DNA of 64,000 nucleotides from the human T2T-CHM13v2.0 reference genome, Homo sapiens, in assembly GCF_009914755.1 (NCBI RefSeq), contig NC_060938.1. One strand, 5' to 3'. Shown here one piece after another: positions 54,522 to 64,000 of the stretch. The notes beneath the pieces were generated by a model, which searched no databases, was not told the origin of the DNA, and was given only the letters and a program-made list of their open reading frames with translations. The stretch's first letter is position 1; every line of letters starts with the position of its first letter. The position numbers were made by a program, and so were the translations under genes.

Positions 54522-54690
54522 CAGTGATGCTCAGGTAAATGGTTACTCACAACTGGCTTACAGCGAAGGAATGGAGGTATGGAGTGTTGATTTGTAGTGC
54601 TTTGAAATTCATGGGTGTCAATATTGCATCGTGGATTATTTCAACCTATCAAAGTGATGTCATTGAATATAGAGTTGGGAAGAGACACAC
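54522..54690 (+). mobile_element. MER63A-like (hAT-Blackjack), cut by the L1 that follows
   Basis: tgatttgtag..ggtgtcaata..gtgatgtcattgaatatagagttgggaagaga. Confidence 0.65.
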
Positions 54691-55909
54691 AGGGAGTAAC
54701 ATCAGCAAGATGGCAGACTAGAAGATCCCAGCCTTTATTCTTTCACAAAACAACAATTTAATAACAAATTATTAACAGAAATAAATCTAAGAAATCCAAA
54801 GTATAATTAAGCTGCAGCAACAAAATGGATCACAAAAATGAAAGATGACTACATAGCGAAGCATTAGAAGCACTCTATCTGTGTCAGTCCATCCACCAGC
54901 ATGGCACATGTTGGCACCAAGAGGGATATCCTTGGCAGAGATCTCCTCTAGTGGAGAAAAAGAGACCATTTTCCACCAAGGACTCCAGCAGTCTTTGCTG
55001 CTTCAGAGGACATTCAGAGCTTTCACCACTGACTATCCTTGCAGTTTTTGCCAATACTGACCCTAGCTGATGGGACTGCCTGGAATCCATGCTGCTGTGC
55101 CCCTCCCCAATAAAGCCAGAAGAATTTCACACCACCCAAATAACAACACTTGAATTAATAATATAGGTGAAGGTCTTTCTCCGCCAAAGTAATCATTTCT
55201 AAAATGTGAAATAGATGATTACATAAATTCATGGATATCAATGCAAGGCTACAGGCAATAAGAAAAGTCAAGAAAACATAGCACCACCCATGGAATACAA
55301 TAAATTGCCATGAACCAATCCCAAAGAAATGGAGATCTATGAATTGCCTGGAAAGTAATCTAAAATAATTATTGTTTTATAAAATTCTCAGCAAATGACA
55401 ACAGAACACAGACAACAGCAAAAATAAGGAAAACAATATATTAACAAAACAAAATTCAATGAAGAAATAGGAATTATAAAAAAATGAGCAAAAGTTATAT
55501 AATTGAAAAATGCAATTAATTAAAAGAAAACAATAGAGAGTTTCAACAGCAGACTCAATGAAGCAGAAGAAAGAATCTGTGAGTTGTGAGACAGTCATTT
55601 GAAATTATTCAGTAAGAGGAGAAAAAGAATGTTAAAGAATAAAAAATGCCTGTGGGTTTTATTGGACACAATCAAACAAAGAATAAAGAAACTTCATGCA
55701 TTTTATTGGACACAATCAAACAAACCAATATCCACATTATAGAAGTCCAAGAGTAAGAGACATAGAAAAATGCAGAAATCTTATGTAAAAACACAATAGC
55801 TAAAAAATTCACAAATCTTGAAAGAATTATAAACATACAGATTCAAGAACTCAAAGGATCACAAATAGAATCAATACAAAGAATGCTATGCTGAGACATT
55901 ATATAATCA

Positions 55910-56372
<463 letters not shown>

Positions 56373-56472
56373 CTATACCTGATAAAAATTATCCTTTAAA
56401 AATAGACAAAATCTTTCCTAGAAGAACCAAAACTAAGAAAATTCATCGCCAATAGACCTGCCTTACAAGACA

Positions 56473-59002
<2,530 letters not shown>

Positions 59003-59005
<3 letters not shown>

Positions 59006-59187
59006 AGAAGAAAGAAAGAAAGAGAAAGAAAGAGAGAGAGAGAGAGAAAGAGAAAAAGAGAGAAAGAGAAACACGGAAAGAAGAAAGAAAGAAAGGAAGA
59101 GAAAGAAAGAAAAAAGAAAGGAAGAAAGACAGGAGGGAGGGAGGAAGGAAGGAAGGAAAAAAGAAAGGAAAGAAAGAAACAAAGAAA
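59003..59187. repeat. Polypurine (GAAA/GA/GGAA) tract derived from the L1 tail
   Basis: Direct reading; immediately follows the L1 3' end. Confidence 0.92.
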
Positions 59188-62100
59188 CACATGGTTAACA
59201 GCAATGCAAAAGCACATGAAAGAGTCAAACTGACTGGTAAATGTAAATATGTACATAGGTGCAGAATAATGAAAAATTGAAATGGAGTGCATAATTTACT
59301 TTATATTCTAACATAAACATTAAGATAAAAATTTGTCAGTGAATACACAGTATAAAGAGAAAAAACTGACTATAAGAACACAATATTGGGAGGAGTAAAA
59401 TGTAAACTTCATGTATGTTAATGAAGCTGAGCTGTTATTAACTTAAAATACATACTTATGACTGTAAGGTATTTTATGAATGCTTTGTGTAAATTAACAA
59501 GAAAAGCTTATAATAAATACAGCAGAGATAAGCGGGAAATCATTAAAACAAATTACTACAAAAATCATCAAAGAATAAGGGAACACAACAAAAAAGAAAG
59601 AGGGACAACAAACTGGAAAACATAAAACAACTGACAAATGGCAATAAGTCTTGACCTGTAAATAATTACCTTAAAAGCAAATGGATTAAACTCCTCAATT
59701 AAAAGGCATAGATTACTTGAACAGAGCTATTTCAAAATTTAAAATAGAAACAAAATCTAATGATATGTTCTACAAGAAACTCACTTTAGATTTAAGGAGA
59801 CATGTAGACTGAAATGAAGAGATGGAAATAAATATTTCATGCAAACGGTAACCAAAAAAAAAGCACGGGTGGCTCACCTATAATAGCCAAAATAAATTTT
59901 AAGTCAAAAACTGCCTAGTGATAAAGAAGGTCATTATATAATGCAAACACCAGTAAATTCAATAGAAAGATATAAAAAATATAAATATATACACGCCCAT
60001 CATTAGAATACCTAAATATATAAAGCAACTTTTGGCAGATCTGAGAGGAGAAACTGACAGCAATACAAGGATAGCAGGTGACTTCAGAATCCTACTCACA
60101 ATAACTGATTCAATATCCGGGAAGAAAATCAATAACAGAAATAGGTGGGTTGAATAGTACTATACACCAAATAGCCTAGAGACACATATAGAACTTTTTA
60201 CTCGACAGTGTAAGTATACATGGCTTCTCAAATGCATACACAGCATTCTCCACAATAGATCACGTGTTAGATCATAAAACAATTTTTAACATATTCAATA
60301 TGATTAAATTATTCCAAATTTTTTCTTCATCACAATAAAATGAAATTAGGCATCAATAACACCAAGAAAACAGGAAAAAAACAGATACGTGAAAACTACG
60401 TAACACAATCTTAAACAACCATTATGTCAATAAAGAAATCAAAAAAGAATTACAACTGTATCTTGAGACAAGTGTAATTGAAAAGTAAATCCACCACATA
60501 TAAGATGCAGAGAAAATATTACCAAGAAGGAAGTTTATTGCAATAAATAAATACATTAAAAAGGAAAGAAATCTCAAGTAACCTAATTTTATAACTCAAA
60601 GAGCTAGAAAAAAAAGATAAATTCTAAGGCCAAAGTTAGCAGTAATAAGGAAATAATGTAGACTGAAAAAGAAAGAAATCAGACAGAACTAAAAAAAAAT
60701 AGAGAAAAATAAGCATGGCTAAAAGTTGACTTTTTGAAAAGATAAACATCAACAAACTTTTAGGTAGACTAAGAAAAAGAAGAGTCAAATAAAATACAGA
60801 AATGAAAAAAGATACATTGCAATGGTTGACTCAGAAATCAAAAGGATCGTAACGGATTATTATTAACTATATGCCTATGTATTGAATAATCTAGAAACAA
60901 GGAATAAATTGATAGGACATATAACCTACCAATACTCAATTATGAAGTAACAGAAAGCCTAAAATACCAATAACAAATGAAAAGATTGAATTAGTGTTCA
61001 ATAACTTTCAATAAAAGGCTTCACAGGTCAATTCTACCAAATATTCAAAATAAGATCAAAATCAATGCTTCTTAAAATCTTCTGAAAAATAAAAGAAGAA
61101 ACACTTTCAAACTCATTTTATGGTCCCATCATTACCCTGATTTCAAGACCAGATACTATAAAGAAAGTAAATGACAGGCTAAGGTATCTGATGAACACAA
61201 ATAAAAAATTCCTGAATCAAATATTAGAAAACCAAATTCAAAAGCACATTAAAAGAGTCATAGACCATGCTTAAGTGGTATTTTTTCCTGGGGTGCAAAT
61301 ATGGTTCAACATACACATATCAATCAATGTAATACATCACATTGAAAAAAATAAAAGAAAATACATGATCATTTCAGTATATGCAGAAAAAACACCCGAC
61401 AAAGTTCAACATCAATTTATGTTAAAATCTTCAACAAATAAGTATAGAAGGAATTTAACTCAACAGAATAATGGTCAGATAGAAGAAGCCCACAGTCAAA
61501 ATGATAATAAGTGGAAAAAATGAAAATTTTCTCCCTAAGATTCAGCACAAATCAAAAATGCCCATTTTCACTGCATCTATTCAATAAAGTACTGGAAGTC
61601 CTAGTCAGTGGAATTAGGCAATTAAAATAAATGAAAAACATTCAAATCAGAGAGACAGATATAAAATCTGTTTGCAGATTATAAACATATACATGTATAT
61701 AATTGGTTTGTAGCTTATATATATTCATTCCTATGTATATTATATAATCTGCAGAGATAAATATTTATGAAACCCTAATGACAAAAAAATCCTGATAGAA
61801 TTAATAAACAAATTCAGTAAAGTTGTGTGATACAAAGTCAAAATGCAAAAATCAATGATATTTTCATAAACAATGAGCTATTTCAAAAAGAAATTAAGAA
61901 AACAACCCAATACATGATAGCAAAAAAGTGATAAAATACGCCTGTGCTTAGGAATAAAATTAAAAAGGTAAAATACGTGTATATTGAAAAGTGTAAAACA
62001 TTGATGTGTGAAATTAATGACACAGATAAATATAGTAATATAAGATGCTCATGAATTGGAAGAATCAATATTGTTAAAATGTTCATACTACCCAAAGTGA

Positions 62101-62799
62101 TCTACAAATGTAGTAGAATTCCTATGAAAATTCCTATGGCATTTGTTATAGAAATAGGAAAAAAAAAATATTAAAATCTATATGAAACCACAGTGGACTC
62201 TGAATGGCCAAAGCAATCTTGAAAACAAAGAACAGAGCTGGAGGCTTCACACTTGGAGCATAGAAATATTACAAATACTCTTGAAATTTTTCACAACGAT
62301 CTTAAATTTATACAAAAAAGAGACAGTGTCTTTCAGAAGAAAGGTGGTTGGGCTAAAGGCAACCTGGCTCACCCTGCTTAAAAAACCCGGTTGGCCCAGA
62401 TAAGTACCCAAACTCCTAGAAGCAACAGGGAAACATTTCCTTTTAGGATTCTATAACTTCAGAGGGTCAGAAATTCTTGCACAGTACTTGGGGGACTGGA
62501 TGGCCTTAGTATTGGACAATGGTTTCCATTTCAGTGACTGAGTCAAGTGAGAGAGACATTTTAGTGAAATAAGGAGACGTGTTTATACTACTGTGTTAAC
62601 ATATTTTCTGTCATTAAACTAATAAGTAGGTGAGCAAGTAATAAAAACGGTTATTGCCTTAGCTGATGTGTGCATAACTCTTGGTGTTGACATTTGCTTG
62701 CTGAATGAGTATTCGTAAAATTAGACTAAAGAAAGAAGTAGCAGTAAGAGGGATGTCTGTGCATCTCTGAAAATCCAGATCCTACTCCTTTCAAAATGA

Positions 62800-63180
62800 C
62801 TTACATTTGTTCCTCAAACACACCAATTTGCCTCTTTATTTGCTATTTCCTTTGCCTAGAATGCCTGCATATGACATTTACATAACTTCTTCCTGCTCAT
62901 TCAGGCCTCAGCTTAACATTTCATTTCCTCAAAAAGCCCTACAGAGATCACCAAACTGAACTATTCACCTACTCCCCAGTCAAGTTGTAGCACATTTTCC
63001 CCCACAGCACTCATCAGTTTCTGAAATTATATTGTACACTAGCTTGTATCCTTATTCATTCTGATGAAAGTGAGGACCTTCTCTGTAGTGTTTATTGTTC
63101 TTGGAATGTTGATCCCAGCAACTAGAACAGAACAGGACATATCATAGAACCTAAATAAAGAAGTTTTGAGTGAATGGCAG
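62800..63180 (+). mobile_element. L2 3' remnant
   Basis: tttcctttgcctagaatgcc..cattcaggcctcagcttaa..atcccagcaactagaacag..gagtgaatg. Confidence 0.6.
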
Positions 63181-63389
63181 TGATTCAATATTTGCTTGAT
63201 GATATGAAGTAATTAACATTTACTGATCTTTAAAGTAACCTCTGTTAACAGCTGATTTTTTTATCTTCTTTTTGAAGGAAGAAAGATTAATACAGCTTCT
63301 CTGCTGGGTTATCTGCTGGCGCATAGTATGTTGTCTTCATTTTCTCACCTTCCATTTACTTTTCAAAATACTGTAATCAGCTTAAACTA

Positions 63390-63990
63390 CCAATAACCAC
63401 AGAACTATTTGTTAAAAAAAGTAAACAATAAGTTTTAATTATCTGATTGAACAGAATATTTTGGCACTTGTTTTGCATTACCTATCCTACCTTATCGCTG
63501 TACCTCTTGCTTCTGTTGATATTTTTCTGCATTCTATTAGCTTCCAGGACACTTCTTTGTCTTAGTTTCCAGGACACTTTTTGGTCATGTTTTCCCTCTT
63601 ACATCTCTAATAAATGCAAGTATCTATCTTAGGTTGATTCTTCTTCTGCCCACTTCAGATGTCATTATTAGTGCTGTCCATGTTCATCTTTCTTTTTTTC
63701 TTTCCATTCTAACTTCTTTTTTATTCCATTTTTCAACCCTCCTGCATTATATTTTCCTAAATAATTTCAACAGTCTCTGAACTAGCCTCCCTGAGTCCAG
63801 TTTTGTCTCTCTTCTCTACAAAGTTATCAGAAAAATCTTTCTGTAAAAATAATCTTACTCCAGCTTACAATTTTAATTTTAACATGGTTTTCTTAACCAA
63901 ATAATACACTACTTGATGGTAGGTGATTTTACTCAGCATCCTCAACACATAGTTCATAGAAAGCTTTTAATAAATGTTAAGGAAGGAAAA
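63390..63990 (+). mobile_element. L2 remnant
   Basis: ttttggtcatgttttccctcttacatctct..aacagtctctgaactagcctccctg..taataaatgtt. Confidence 0.45.
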
Positions 63991-64000
63991 AAAAAGAAAA

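Overview
Primate (human-like) AT-rich genomic DNA with no recognisable host protein-coding exon, tRNA or rRNA. It is either gene desert or deep intron, and much of it is interspersed repeat. Main contents: a decayed HERV-L provirus (MLT2A 5' LTR, tRNA-Leu primer site, gag/pro/pol/dUTPase remnants) whose 3' end is cut by a truncated LTR9-like element; solo LTRs (MLT2A, LTR22/HML-5, LTR12C, MSTA, MSTD, several MLT1); old and young L1 copies; about a dozen Alu/FAM elements; DNA transposons (Tigger8, MER1B, MER63); L2 remnants and microsatellites. Nearly all ORF-track entries are repeat-derived or random. I found no support for a novel biological system. The most unusual features are mechanistic scars: an L1PA2-like insertion flanked by a ~105 bp target-site duplication, a 27 bp inverted copy of gag inserted 1.6 kb away in the HERV-L protease region, several snap-back or templated micro-insertions, a twin-primed old L1, and an 18 bp perfect hairpin beside a piggyBac-like end. 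There is also a candidate HNF1-centred enhancer. Subfamily names come from remembered consensus sequences and need RepeatMasker/Dfam confirmation.
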